From Cyclobacteriaceae bacterium (lineage in GTDB: Bacteria > Bacteroidota > Bacteroidia > Cytophagales > Cyclobacteriaceae), in the NCBI GenBank assembly GCA_965227155.1, contig OZ245731.1, positions 2,166,624-2,230,623 of the forward strand: 64,000 nucleotides of DNA. The letters run 5' to 3'. The notes beneath the pieces are model-generated. The model saw nothing but the letters and a program-made list of their open reading frames with translations. It was not told where the DNA came from and made no database searches. Both the position numbers and the translations under genes were made by a program. This document shows positions 1-9,437 of the stretch, piece after piece; the stretch's first letter is position 1; every line of letters starts with the position of its first letter.

Positions 1-403
1 GGAAAAGCAGATCATGACGGGTGAATTTGACCAGGACTTGGTAAGCCAGATACCTCAGTCAAAATACCTTGATGAGATTACAAGTGTTTCCGTTCAAAAA
101 ATCTATCGATCAGAGCAGGTCATACAACGGGAGGCCGCAGGATTTGAAGTGCTGGAGGGTTTGATGCAGGCGTTTATTCAGGCGGTCTATAATGAAAAGT
201 TGGAAGTAGAAAAATTTGGTAGCAGGCAAAAAAATGTACTCAGACTACTACCTGTTGAGTACCGCAACCGACTGGATACTACTGAAGATTTGTATAGCCG
301 TATCCTCATCATTACTGATTTTGTGTCCGGGCTTACGGATAGCAACGCATTGCGGCTCTTTCAGATCATCAAAGGGATAGCTTTACCAGGCTTGAAAATG
401 TAA
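1..403 (+). CDS. dgt: dGTP triphosphohydrolase-family (HD domain) protein, C-terminal part; the 5' end lies upstream of the window
   Basis: The frame is open from the window edge to TAA 401-403. The tail ...RILIITDFVSGLTDSNALRLFQIIKG resembles the conserved D-[FY]-[IV]-x-G-[ML]-T-D C-terminus of Dgt-like dNTPases. Confidence 0.7.
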   Translation, partial: EKQIMTGEFDQDLVSQIPQSKYLDEITSVSVQKIYRSEQVIQREAAGFEVLEGLMQAFIQAVYNEKLEVEKFGSRQKNVLRLLPVEYRNRLDTTEDLYSRILIITDFVSGLTDSNALRLFQIIKGIALPGLKM

Positions 404-596
404 GTGTGTTGGTAATTCACCAGTGGTAACTAATCCTGCTATGTTAGTTTACCTGGTAATCCCTGGTTGCCTGTTTCCACCATTCAGAATTGTAGAAAAA
501 TGGATTGAGAGGGCACAATCCATGGCACGCTAAATAGAACATGACAAAGAAGGATTAATTAAATAGACTGAAGTTCTTATAGTAGGCTAAATCGTA

Positions 597-604
597 TACC
601 TTTG
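597..604 (+). promoter_or_regulatory. Bacteroidota-type -7 promoter box (TAccTTTG)
   Basis: Matches the TAnnTTTG consensus 15 nt upstream of ATG 619. It overlaps the GTG (604) used by the ORF track, which favours the ATG start. Confidence 0.35.
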
Positions 605-618
605 TGCCTGTTTTTAGC

Positions 619-3030
619 ATGTGGAATTGGCTCGCGCATATAATTCTAAGATTTAGGATCCCCCTTATAATCTTACTGGTCATCATAACTGCCTTTATGG
701 GGTATCAGGCGCGCTTTGTCCAATGGTCATTCGACCTGGCCAATATTGTACCCTCTACCGATCCGGAGATGGTTTATTTCCAGAATTTCAAAAAAACATT
801 CGGAGAAGATGGCAATATTCTGGCGATTGGATTGAAGGACAGTGCTATTTATGATGCTGATAATTTCAGAAAGTTTGATTATCTCATCGACGAGATAGCC
901 TCAATGAAAGGCGTTAATAATGTGCTGGGATTGCCCAATCTCAAAACGCTTTTTAAAAATTCTGAGGAGAAGCGCTTCGAACTTCGGCCTGTATTTCCTG
1001 AAATACCCGATGACCAGCAAACGCTGGACAGCTTGCTGGAGGCAGCACATGATCTGAAATTCTATTCGGGTCAGTTGATCAATGAGGAAAACGGCGCCAC
1101 ACTGGTGCTTGTCACTATCAATAAAGAAGTACTCAATAGCAGCAAGAGGAATACGCTGGTAGAAGATATCATCTTTGCCTGTACTGCTTTTGAGGAAAAC
1201 ACAGGAATCACCCTGCACTATGCCGGTCTGCCCTATACACGCTCTATCACTACTACCAAAGTAAAGAATGAGCTCAACCTCTTCCTGATACTTTCGGTGG
1301 TTGTTACGGGTATCATCTTATTTATCTTCTTTAGGGCCTTTAATGCCGTGCTCGTTCCCATGATCATCATCGGTGTGATTGTGGTTTGGGTAATGGGATC
1401 GCTGGCATTATTTGAGTTTAAAATCACCATACTTACCGGCCTTATCCCCCCCATCATAGTGGTCATCGGTATTCCCAATAGTGTGTATATGCTCAATAAG
1501 TATCACCAGGAATACCAGAGCAATCGGGATCAGCTACAGGCATTGCGGCGTATCATCAGAAAGATTGGCATTGTCACTTTCATAACCAACTTTACCACAG
1601 CTGTTGGCTTTTTGGTACTGGCGAGTACCAATATTACCATTCTGAAGGAATTTGGTATAGTGGCTGGTCTCAATATCCTGGCTACATTTTTTGTAAGTAT
1701 AATTTTAATACCATCCTTTTATTCCTTTTTAGCACCTCCAAAGGCAAGACATCTCAAGCACCTTGATTTTATGCCCCTGGACAAAGTCTTGACTTATCTT
1801 GACATTATTGTCCATAAGCATCCATACTACATTTTTTCTACCACGATAGTCATTGTAGTTGTAGCGGCTTTTGGCCTCAGCAAAATGAAAGCGGTATCCT
1901 ACATGGTGGATGATCTGCCTGAGAATAGCCCTGTAATCAAAGACCTGAAATTTTTCGAAAGAAATTTCGCTGGTATTATGCCATTGGAGGTGGTCATCGA
2001 CACCAATACAAAAAAAGGTGTTCAGAATCTGCGGAACCTTAGGAAGATCAATGAATTTGAAATGTTTTTGGATTCGTTGAGTAATATTTCACAGCCTGTG
2101 TCGGTGGTGAGCTTCATCAAAGCGGCAAGGCAGGCATTCTACAATCAGAACCCTGCTTATTACCAATTACCGAATAGTCGGGATCAGGCCTTCATCTTAA
2201 GGTACCTCTCCGAAGAGACCGACCAGGAAAATATTGCCACATCATTTGTGGACAGCACCGGCCAAAAGCTGCGGATGAGCTTGAAAATTGCAGACATAGG
2301 CTCCAATAAAATGGATTCCCTGGTCAATCAGGTGATAAAGCCCCGTATGGAGGAGATTTTTGCTGAAGATAAAATGGACGTGACCCTCACCGGCACCACA
2401 CTCATGTTTATTAAAGGCAATAAATTTCTGATCAGAAACCTGATCCAAAGCATGATCATTGCTTTTGTGATCATTGCCATCATCATGGCCATTTTGTTTG
2501 GCAATTTCAAGATGATCGTCATTTCATTGATCCCAAATATGATTCCATTGCTGATCACGGCTGGATTGATGGGCTATTTTGGGATTCCACTCAAACCCAG
2601 CACTGCACTTGTCTTCAGCATCACCTTTGGTATATCGGTAGATGATTCCATTCACTTCTTAGCTAAGTACCGACAGGAGCTATTTGCCAACAAGTTTTTC
2701 GTACCGCTGGCCATCAGCAAGAGTTTACGGGAAACCGGCGCCAGTATGATTTACACATCTATCATATTGTTTTTTGGCTTTGTTATTTTTGCGGCCTCAG
2801 ATTTTGGAGGCACAGTAGCTTTGGGGACTTTAACCTCAGTAACCTTATTGGTGGCGATGATTACCAATCTGGTCTTGTTGCCTGCTATGCTCATAAAATT
2901 TGACAGTGGTAAAAGAAATGTAAAACGACATCCTCTCATCGAGCAGTATTCTGAAGATGACTATGATGAAGATGAAGACGAGGAAATCGACATTGAAAAA
3001 ATTAAGGTGTCAAAAGACTCCAAAAAATAA
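619..3030 (+). CDS. RND/MMPL-superfamily exporter (12-TM, two large extracytoplasmic loops)
   Basis: About 800 aa with two repeats of one TM, a large loop and a cluster of 5 TMs (LFLILSVVVTGIILFIFF..., IAFVIIAIIMAILFG...). This is typical of MMPL/HpnN-like RND transporters. The C-terminal tail is acidic. Alternative start GTG 604. Confidence 0.8.
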   Translation: MWNWLAHIILRFRIPLIILLVIITAFMGYQARFVQWSFDLANIVPSTDPEMVYFQNFKKTFGEDGNILAIGLKDSAIYDADNFRKFDYLIDEIASMKGVNNVLGLPNLKTLFKNSEEKRFELRPVFPEIPDDQQTLDSLLEAAHDLKFYSGQLINEENGATLVLVTINKEVLNSSKRNTLVEDIIFACTAFEENTGITLHYAGLPYTRSITTTKVKNELNLFLILSVVVTGIILFIFFRAFNAVLVPMIIIGVIVVWVMGSLALFEFKITILTGLIPPIIVVIGIPNSVYMLNKYHQEYQSNRDQLQALRRIIRKIGIVTFITNFTTAVGFLVLASTNITILKEFGIVAGLNILATFFVSIILIPSFYSFLAPPKARHLKHLDFMPLDKVLTYLDIIVHKHPYYIFSTTIVIVVVAAFGLSKMKAVSYMVDDLPENSPVIKDLKFFERNFAGIMPLEVVIDTNTKKGVQNLRNLRKINEFEMFLDSLSNISQPVSVVSFIKAARQAFYNQNPAYYQLPNSRDQAFILRYLSEETDQENIATSFVDSTGQKLRMSLKIADIGSNKMDSLVNQVIKPRMEEIFAEDKMDVTLTGTTLMFIKGNKFLIRNLIQSMIIAFVIIAIIMAILFGNFKMIVISLIPNMIPLLITAGLMGYFGIPLKPSTALVFSITFGISVDDSIHFLAKYRQELFANKFFVPLAISKSLRETGASMIYTSIILFFGFVIFAASDFGGTVALGTLTSVTLLVAMITNLVLLPAMLIKFDSGKRNVKRHPLIEQYSEDDYDEDEDEEIDIEKIKVSKDSKK

Positions 3031-3035
3031 TTCCT

Positions 3036-6000
3036 GTGAAGTATAGAGAATATAAATCAATCAACTACGCTCAGGTAGCCGGGGATATCCTTGAGTATTG
3101 GGAGAAGAATAAGGTTTTCCAGCGATCTATAGAAGAGAAAGAAGGCAATCCTACTTTCACTTTCTACGAAGGTCCACCTTCGGCGAACGGTACACCTGGT
3201 ATTCACCATGTAATGGCCCGTACCGTAAAGGATATTTTTTGCCGCTACAAAACCTTAAAAGGATTTCAGGTAAAGCGAAAAGGAGGCTGGGACACCCATG
3301 GTCTGCCGGTAGAATTACAGGTAGAAAAGGAGTTGGGTATTACCAAAGAAGATATTGGTAAAAGCATTTCAGTAGCCGACTACAACCGCAAGTGTAAAGA
3401 GGCGGTCATGAAGTTTAAGGATGAGTGGGATGAACTCACCAGAAAAATGGGCTATTGGGTTGATTTGGATGATCCTTATATCACTTTCGACAGGAAGTAT
3501 ATGGAATCAGTATGGTGGCTGCTCAAGAAGTTTCATGAAAAAGGGTTGCTTTATAAAGGCTATACTATTCAGCCGTATTCACCTGCGGCCGGTACAGGCT
3601 TAAGTTCGCACGAACTCAACCAACCTGGTACTTACAAGCCTGTGAAGGATACCACCATAGTGGCTCAGTTTGAAGTGGAGGATAATGAGAAGGCAAGGCA
3701 GCTTTACCAAAAGGTAAATACCAAACTTTATTTCCTTGCCTGGACCACTACACCATGGACGCTTCCGGCCAACAATGCCCTGGCCGTAGGGAAGAATATT
3801 GAATATGCACTGGTACAAACATTCAACCAGTATACTTTTGAGCCGATTACTGTGATTCTGGCAAAAGACCGAATGGCCACCTATTTCAACCCAAAAGGTG
3901 AAAATGGTGATCTGGATAACTTTAAAGCGGGCGATAAAATTATTCCCTACCAGGTAATCGATACTGTAAAAGGAGCAGAGCTGGCTGGGATTGATTACCA
4001 CCAGCTTTTACCTTACGTTAAGCTGCCCAAGCCTGCATTTACCGTAGTAATAGGTGATTTTGTAACTACAGAAGAAGGTACCGGTATTGTACACACCTCT
4101 CTGACCTTTGGTGCTGATGACTACCGGGTATCAGTGCAAAATGACATCCCCGGCGTATTTGTAAAAAATGAGCTGGGTGAGGATGTGCCGATCGTAGACA
4201 AGCAGGGCCGCTTTGTAAAAGAAGTAACAGACTTTGCCGGTCGCTATGTCAAAGAAGAATATTATGATCAGGCTACACGGGACGATAAAGATTTTAAGCC
4301 AACCGATGTACTTATAGCGATTAAGCTGAAAGAGGATAATAAGGCCTTCAAAGTTGAAAAATACGAGCACACCTATCCGCATTGCTGGCGTACAGACAAG
4401 CCTGTGCTCTATTACCCCCTCGAAAGCTGGTTTATTAAAACCACGGCATACAAAGAGCAACTGGTCGCACTTAATAATACCATCAACTGGAAACCTGCCT
4501 CCACCGGTACGGGACGCTTCGGCAACTGGCTGGCAAACCTTGTAGACTGGAACTTGAGCCGTTCCAGGTTTTGGGGTACACCATTGCCCATTTGGAGAAC
4601 AGAAGACAAGCAACAGGAAATCTGCATTGGTAGTCTCGATGAGTTGAAGGCGGAGGTAAAAAAGGCTGTGGTAGCTGGCGTGATGAACGCCGAGTTGCCA
4701 GAAGATTTTGACCTGCACCGGCCTTATGTAGATGATATCGTTTTGGTGAGCACTGATGGCAAGCCTATGCATCGTGAACCCGACCTGATAGACGTATGGT
4801 TTGATTCCGGAGCTATGCCTTATGCTCAGATGCATTATCCTTTTGAAAACGAGGGTGATTTCGAAAAAAATTACCCCGCAGACTATATCGCTGAAGGTGT
4901 AGACCAAACAAGAGGTTGGTTTTTCACATTACATGCCATCGCCGGAATGCTTTTCGATAGTGTAGCATTTAAAAATGTCATCGCCAATGGCCTTGTGCTT
5001 GACAAGAATGGCAATAAGATGTCAAAGCGGTTAGGTAATGCAATCAATCCGTTTGAAACATTGGACAAATATGGACCGGATGCTACCCGCTGGTACATGA
5101 TTGCCAATGCCAACCCGTGGGATAACCTGAAGTTTGACCTGGCGGGTGTAGAAGAAATTCAGAGAAGGTATTTTGGTACCTTGTTCAATACCTATAACTT
5201 CTTTGCCTTATACGCCAATCTGGATCAGTTTACCTATGCAGAGGCCTCAATACCCATGGAGCAAAGAACCGAGAGTGATCGATGGATCATCAGCAAGCTC
5301 AATTCGCTCATCCAACAGGTAGAATCAGCATACGAAGACTATGAGCCTACAAAAGCGGCACGTGCAATTCAGAATTTCGTGATTGACGATCTCAGCAATT
5401 GGTATGTGCGATTGAATAGGAAACGTTTTTGGATTGGTGAATACTCAGACAATAAGCGCGCTGCTTACCAGACACTCTACGATTGCCTCAAAACGGTGGC
5501 TAAACTTTCTGCACCGATAGCACCATTTTATGCTGAAAGATTGTACCAGGATCTCAATGAGAGCAGCAAAAAAGAGCAAAAAGATTCTGTACACCTGGCT
5601 GATTTCCCGGTAGCGGATGAAGCGCTTATTAATGCTGACCTGGAGCACAAAATGTCGCTGGCGCAAAGCATCAGCTCAATGGTGCATTCGCTGAGGAAAA
5701 AAGAAAAAATCAAAGTCCGTCAGCCATTATCGAAAATTATGGTACCTGTGCTGACTGAAGACATTCGGCTAAAATTGGATGCTGTAGCACCATTGATCCA
5801 AACGGAGGTCAACATCAAAACCGTGGAGTACCTGGATGATGCCTCTGCTGTGCTGACCAAGAAGATCAAACCGAATTTCAAGAAATTGGGTAAGCTCTAT
5901 GGTCCAAAAATGAAAGACATCTCCAAAGCAGTTCAGCAGATGTCTCAGGATGATATAGCCGTTATTGAGAAGCATAATGCATTCGAAATAGATGTGCCGG

Positions 6001-6377
6001 ATGAAAAAATCACCCTGACACTGGAAGATGTGGAGATCACTTCAGACGATATTCCGGGTTGGTTGGTGGCCAGTGAAAATGGCCTTACCGTAGCGCTGGA
6101 TATCACCATTACCGAGGAGCTTAAACGGGAGGGGATAGCACGCGATATGGTCAACAGAATCCAGAATATGCGTAAAGATATGGGGCTGGAAGTACAGGAT
6201 AAGATCAAAATCAACCTCGCCGATGCATCAGATATGATGAGGGCAGCGGTTGATCATTTTCGTGAATATATTTGTACGGAGACCCAGGCCACTGAGCTTG
6301 TCTGGAAAGATCACATGGCTGATGCCTCTCAGCTGGATATCGATGGGGATGTTGTTTCAATAAAAATTGAAAAATAG
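3036..6377 (+). CDS. ileS: isoleucine--tRNA ligase
   Basis: 1113 aa with the class I HIGH-type motif (PGIHHVMAR) and the KMSKS motif (NGNKMSKRLGN). GTG start; classic ileS-lspA synteny. Confidence 0.97.
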   Translation: MKYREYKSINYAQVAGDILEYWEKNKVFQRSIEEKEGNPTFTFYEGPPSANGTPGIHHVMARTVKDIFCRYKTLKGFQVKRKGGWDTHGLPVELQVEKELGITKEDIGKSISVADYNRKCKEAVMKFKDEWDELTRKMGYWVDLDDPYITFDRKYMESVWWLLKKFHEKGLLYKGYTIQPYSPAAGTGLSSHELNQPGTYKPVKDTTIVAQFEVEDNEKARQLYQKVNTKLYFLAWTTTPWTLPANNALAVGKNIEYALVQTFNQYTFEPITVILAKDRMATYFNPKGENGDLDNFKAGDKIIPYQVIDTVKGAELAGIDYHQLLPYVKLPKPAFTVVIGDFVTTEEGTGIVHTSLTFGADDYRVSVQNDIPGVFVKNELGEDVPIVDKQGRFVKEVTDFAGRYVKEEYYDQATRDDKDFKPTDVLIAIKLKEDNKAFKVEKYEHTYPHCWRTDKPVLYYPLESWFIKTTAYKEQLVALNNTINWKPASTGTGRFGNWLANLVDWNLSRSRFWGTPLPIWRTEDKQQEICIGSLDELKAEVKKAVVAGVMNAELPEDFDLHRPYVDDIVLVSTDGKPMHREPDLIDVWFDSGAMPYAQMHYPFENEGDFEKNYPADYIAEGVDQTRGWFFTLHAIAGMLFDSVAFKNVIANGLVLDKNGNKMSKRLGNAINPFETLDKYGPDATRWYMIANANPWDNLKFDLAGVEEIQRRYFGTLFNTYNFFALYANLDQFTYAEASIPMEQRTESDRWIISKLNSLIQQVESAYEDYEPTKAARAIQNFVIDDLSNWYVRLNRKRFWIGEYSDNKRAAYQTLYDCLKTVAKLSAPIAPFYAERLYQDLNESSKKEQKDSVHLADFPVADEALINADLEHKMSLAQSISSMVHSLRKKEKIKVRQPLSKIMVPVLTEDIRLKLDAVAPLIQTEVNIKTVEYLDDASAVLTKKIKPNFKKLGKLYGPKMKDISKAVQQMSQDDIAVIEKHNAFEIDVPDEKITLTLEDVEITSDDIPGWLVASENGLTVALDITITEELKREGIARDMVNRIQNMRKDMGLEVQDKIKINLADASDMMRAAVDHFREYICTETQATELVWKDHMADASQLDIDGDVVSIKIEK

Positions 6378-6457
6378 GCTTAAAATGTTACTAGCTTGTA
6401 AACCAATGAGTCTTAACACCGTTCTTTACATAAATTTACCAAAATCAAAAGCCCATC

Positions 6458-7117
6458 GTGAAATACGGTAAGTACTACATTCTCAGCCTCGTTGTAATCC
6501 TTATCGACCAGATTGTAAAAATGCTGGTTCATTTCAATATGGAAATGGGCGTAAACGGGCAGATCCAGGTGTTGGGCGACATTTTTAAGCTCCACTATCT
6601 TACCAACCCCGGCATGGCTTTTGGTATGCAGTTGGGTTCAGATTACGGTAAGCTGTTTCTGACGCTGTTCCGGCTGGTGGCCATGGTGATGATCAGCTAT
6701 TACCTCTATTACCTGGCTAGCAAGAAGGTACATCAGGGGCTGCTGTGGTGTGTTGCCCTGATATTGGGAGGCGCTATTGGCAATGTCATCGATAGTATTT
6801 TTTATGGTGTGCTGCTGGACAATGCCCCTTACAATGCACCATCGCCTTGGTTTCATGGGCAGGTTATCGATATGTTTTATGTAGACATATGGGAAGGCCG
6901 GTTGCCCGAATGGATTCCATTTATGGGTGGTGACTACATGGCTTTATGGCCGGTGTTTAACATAGCTGACGCTTCAATTTTTGTTGGTGTAGCCATTATT
7001 CTCATCTTCCAACACCGATTTTTTAAAGAGGAAAATGAAGCAGAAGATGCTACCCAGACAGAAGAACTAGAAGAAAGCAAAGCCCAAACGGAAGGCACCA
7101 CTGCATCAGAGGGCTAG
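6458..7117 (+). CDS. lspA: lipoprotein signal peptidase (signal peptidase II)
   Basis: Four TM segments and the conserved boxes LTNPGMAFG and FNIADASI. It sits directly downstream of ileS and uses a GTG start. It carries an unusual acidic C-terminal tail of about 35 aa. Confidence 0.9.
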   Translation: MKYGKYYILSLVVILIDQIVKMLVHFNMEMGVNGQIQVLGDIFKLHYLTNPGMAFGMQLGSDYGKLFLTLFRLVAMVMISYYLYYLASKKVHQGLLWCVALILGGAIGNVIDSIFYGVLLDNAPYNAPSPWFHGQVIDMFYVDIWEGRLPEWIPFMGGDYMALWPVFNIADASIFVGVAIILIFQHRFFKEENEAEDATQTEELEESKAQTEGTTASEG

Positions 7118-7194
7118 AAAGTCTTTTAGATTTTCCTTGCTCACACGGGTAACTTTTTCATCTCGAGCCTGCTGCCTGCTTTCTTGAATCTTTC

Positions 7195-7234
7195 CACCTC
7201 CTCAGAGTCTCTCTTTGAGGACTCTGAGGTTGAG
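7195..7234. repeat. left copy of an imperfect inverted repeat bracketing the AT-rich islet (partner at 10392-10430)
   Basis: The reverse complement CTCAACCTCAGAGTCCTCAAAGAGAGACTCTGAGGAGGTG aligns to plus-strand 10392-10430 with 31 of 40 positions identical (one gap), including a perfect 11-nt core CTGAGGAGGTG. It also contains a perfect 10-bp hairpin, CCTCAGAGTC-N10-GACTCTGAGG (7199-7228). Confidence 0.6.
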
Positions 7235-7300
7235 CTTATTGCCCCTATCCTTCCAAAACTGAAGATGAACTCTTGCTTCCGAGGATAGTTTTATTTGCAT
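7202..7300 (-). pseudogene. truncated YoeB/Txe-like type II toxin remnant
   Basis: ATG 7300 overlaps the antitoxin stop (ATGCAAATAA). It encodes MQIKLSSEARVHLQFWKDRGNKLNLRVLKERL and then TGA at codon 33. The N-terminus fits the Bacteroidota Txe/YoeB pattern (..A..L.FW.KSGNK....K). Only about 30 further codons remain before lspA, versus roughly 85-90 aa for intact toxins. Confidence 0.6.
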
Positions 7301-7503
7301 AGAGCCTTGCATTCATCAACGGTCATGGCTATACCTTTTCCTTCTTCGAATTCTTTTTCACTTTTTTGAATCTTTGCCACAAACTCAGGGCCGTAAGGCT
7401 CTTCATTAGTTACCTCAAATTTCATTTTAAGGGCTTCGGCAAATGCCTTCACCACGTTTTCTTGCTCCTTATTTTCGGTATGAATGATTATTGTACTGTT
7501 CAT
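7291..7503 (-). CDS. DUF2683-type antitoxin-like small protein
   Basis: MNSTIIIHTENKEQENVVKAFAEALKMKFEV...YGPEFVAKIQKSEKEFEEGKG matches my recollection of the DUF2683 pattern (HPENKEQ..ALKAF.KALKI.FE...Y.PEFV.KI). The ATG at 7503 is preferred over the track's TTG at 7518. Confidence 0.75.
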   Translation of the reverse strand: MNSTIIIHTENKEQENVVKAFAEALKMKFEVTNEEPYGPEFVAKIQKSEKEFEEGKGIAMTVDECKALCK

Positions 7504-7723
7504 ACAACCAAATTGCAATAAATGAAATATATATCATTATGCATGAAATATTTGAAGTGATAAATATTGGATTTATCTTGAAAATGCAAGTGCGCAGTAT
7601 TCTACCAAATCATGGGTATACCGGGCGCTGAAATCAAAATATATTGGAAATACCGCACATAGTGTGCGATATGTTATAGTTGTGCTTTATACCTGCTAAA
7701 AGCTAAGAATATCTGAACCAGCA

Positions 7724-7745
7724 AGTTCAAGTTGTTTGTTGAACT
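7724..7745. promoter_or_regulatory. inverted repeat AGTTCAA-N8-TTGAACT, candidate operator upstream of the HTH-ImmA gene
   Basis: 7-bp perfect arms about 36-57 nt upstream of ATG 7781, in the divergent antitoxin/ImmA intergenic region. A second palindrome, CGCACA-TAG-TGTGCG, lies near 7654-7668. Confidence 0.3.
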
Positions 7746-7768
7746 CTTTTAACGTATAATTAAGTACA

Positions 7769-7776
7769 TACATTTG
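7769..7776 (+). promoter_or_regulatory. -7 promoter box TAcaTTTG, 4 nt from the start codon (leaderless geometry)
   Basis: TAnnTTTG match followed by CAAC and then ATG 7781. Confidence 0.45.
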
Positions 7777-7780
7777 CAAC

Positions 7781-8908
7781 ATGAGAACTGAGGTAGATAT
7801 CAATGCGAACATGCTGACTTGGGCAATTGACAGAGCAGGATATGATTTGCCTGAATTTGCCGAAAAAATGCCTCGAATTACGGCTTGGATAAATGGTGAA
7901 AAGAAGCCTACAGTTAAACAACTAGAGAGTTTTTCCAAAAAAGTTCACCTACCATTTGGATATCTGTTCTTACCCGAACCCCCCAACGAACCATTGCCAA
8001 TACCATTCTTTAGAACGAACGGCAACCAAGCCGAAAAAGTAAGTGTGAACGTTTATGATACAATTTTGATTCTTCAACAGCGTCAAAGTTGGCTCAAGGA
8101 ATATTTAGAGGATAATGATTTTGAACCACTGCAATTTGTAGGACAGTTTAAAAATAGCCACGATGTTAGTGCCATTGTAAATAGTATTCGGGGCACTCTT
8201 GGACTCGCTGAAGATTGGGCAAGGCATTTCCGTACTTGGCAAGATGCTTTAAATCATCTTGTTGAAACTATTGAAGACAAAGGAATTATAACAGTTTTTA
8301 ACGGAGTTGTGGAAAATAATACTTCCCGCACAATTGAAGTAGATGAATGTAGGGGTTTCGTTCTTGTTGATGATTTAGCACCTTTCATGTTTATAAATAA
8401 CACGGATGGTAAGGCGGCCCAGCTTTTCACTATTGTACATGAACTAGCTCATATCTGGACAGGACATAGTGCTGGTTTCGACTTTCGAACACTTCAACCA
8501 GCGGATGATCCGATAGAAGTTCTTTGCGATAAAGTAGCTGCAGAATTTTTAGTACCAGAACACACCTTTAGTCAAGAATGGAGTAACAACCCAAGCATTC
8601 AAAGATGCTCTCGATTTTTCAAAGTGAGTGAAATTGTAATTGCCCGAAGAGCTTTGGATACAGGAAAAATTTATCGAAATGAATTCTTTGCTTTTTACGA
8701 GGAATATAAGAATCGAGAATTTATAGAGAAGCAAAGTCAAGGGTCTGGAGGAGATTTTTATGCAACTGCTAGAAAAAGGCTGAGCCTGACATTTGCTTCT
8801 CATATTAACAATGCTGTTAAAACCGGCCAACTTCTCTACCGTGATGCTTACAAATTAACAAGCATGAAAGGAGACACTTTTGATAAATTCTTTGCCAAAA
8901 CCATATAA
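7781..8908 (+). CDS. XRE-like HTH fused to an ImmA/IrrE-family (COG2856) zinc metallopeptidase
   Basis: N-terminal HTH-like segment (KPTVKQLESFSKKVHLPFGYLFLPEPP). HEXXH motif HELAH at residues 220-224 (nt 8438-8452), followed by CDKVAAEFLVPE. The length of about 375 aa is typical of this fusion. Confidence 0.85.
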   Translation: MRTEVDINANMLTWAIDRAGYDLPEFAEKMPRITAWINGEKKPTVKQLESFSKKVHLPFGYLFLPEPPNEPLPIPFFRTNGNQAEKVSVNVYDTILILQQRQSWLKEYLEDNDFEPLQFVGQFKNSHDVSAIVNSIRGTLGLAEDWARHFRTWQDALNHLVETIEDKGIITVFNGVVENNTSRTIEVDECRGFVLVDDLAPFMFINNTDGKAAQLFTIVHELAHIWTGHSAGFDFRTLQPADDPIEVLCDKVAAEFLVPEHTFSQEWSNNPSIQRCSRFFKVSEIVIARRALDTGKIYRNEFFAFYEEYKNREFIEKQSQGSGGDFYATARKRLSLTFASHINNAVKTGQLLYRDAYKLTSMKGDTFDKFFAKTI

Positions 8909-8913
8909 TCCTA

Positions 8914-9414
8914 ATGAAGGTATATGTGGTTGACAGCAATTTCTTTATTCAGGCTCATAGAGCCACATATCCTTTGGATGTAGCAACAAGTTTTTGGACA
9001 AAAGTTCGTGAATTAGCAGAAGCTGGAACGATTATAAGTATAGATAAAGTCAAAAAGGAACTGTTTGATAAGAATGATGACCTTGAAGATTGGTGTGTTA
9101 ATAACCTACCCACAGAATTTTTTAAGGACTCTTCATCCGCTTTAAGAGAGTACGGACAAATATCTACATGGGCAATTTCCAGAAATGATCACTATTTACC
9201 TCAAGCAATCAACGAATTTCTGGATGCAGATGAAGCTGATGCATTTTTAGTATCCTACGCAATGGCAGATATTCAGAACAGGGTTCTAATTACACATGAA
9301 GTTAGTCAACCTGAAGGAAAGAAGAAAATTAAGATACCAGAACCTTGTGATGTGTTTGGTGTGAAATACATGAACACAATCCAAATGTTTAGAGAATTAG
9401 GGATTACTTTCTAA
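8914..9414 (+). CDS. DUF4411-family protein, predicted PIN-like nuclease
   Basis: 166 aa, 5 nt downstream of the ImmA gene. The N-terminal VYVVDSNFFIQA and the later acidic cluster LDADEADAFLVSYA fit a PIN-like active-site layout. The family assignment is from memory. Confidence 0.8.
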   Translation: MKVYVVDSNFFIQAHRATYPLDVATSFWTKVRELAEAGTIISIDKVKKELFDKNDDLEDWCVNNLPTEFFKDSSSALREYGQISTWAISRNDHYLPQAINEFLDADEADAFLVSYAMADIQNRVLITHEVSQPEGKKKIKIPEPCDVFGVKYMNTIQMFRELGITF

Positions 9415-9437
9415 AATGTACAGAAGCACAACAGTCA

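Noticed and set aside
500-523. 8-bp hairpin ATGGATTG-N8-CAATCCAT downstream of dgt
   Set aside because: No T-run follows, nothing indicates conservation, and an isolated short hairpin in a 200-nt intergenic region is not informative on its own.
4131-4907. 258-aa ORF on the minus strand inside ileS
   Set aside because: It is entirely antisense to a strongly supported ileS reading frame and shows no recognisable motifs. A long antisense ORF is expected by chance opposite a long, codon-biased gene.
7696-7938. 80-aa minus-strand ORF spanning the ImmA promoter and start
   Set aside because: It overlaps the 5' end of the well-supported HTH-ImmA gene and its promoter box, and has no recognisable features.
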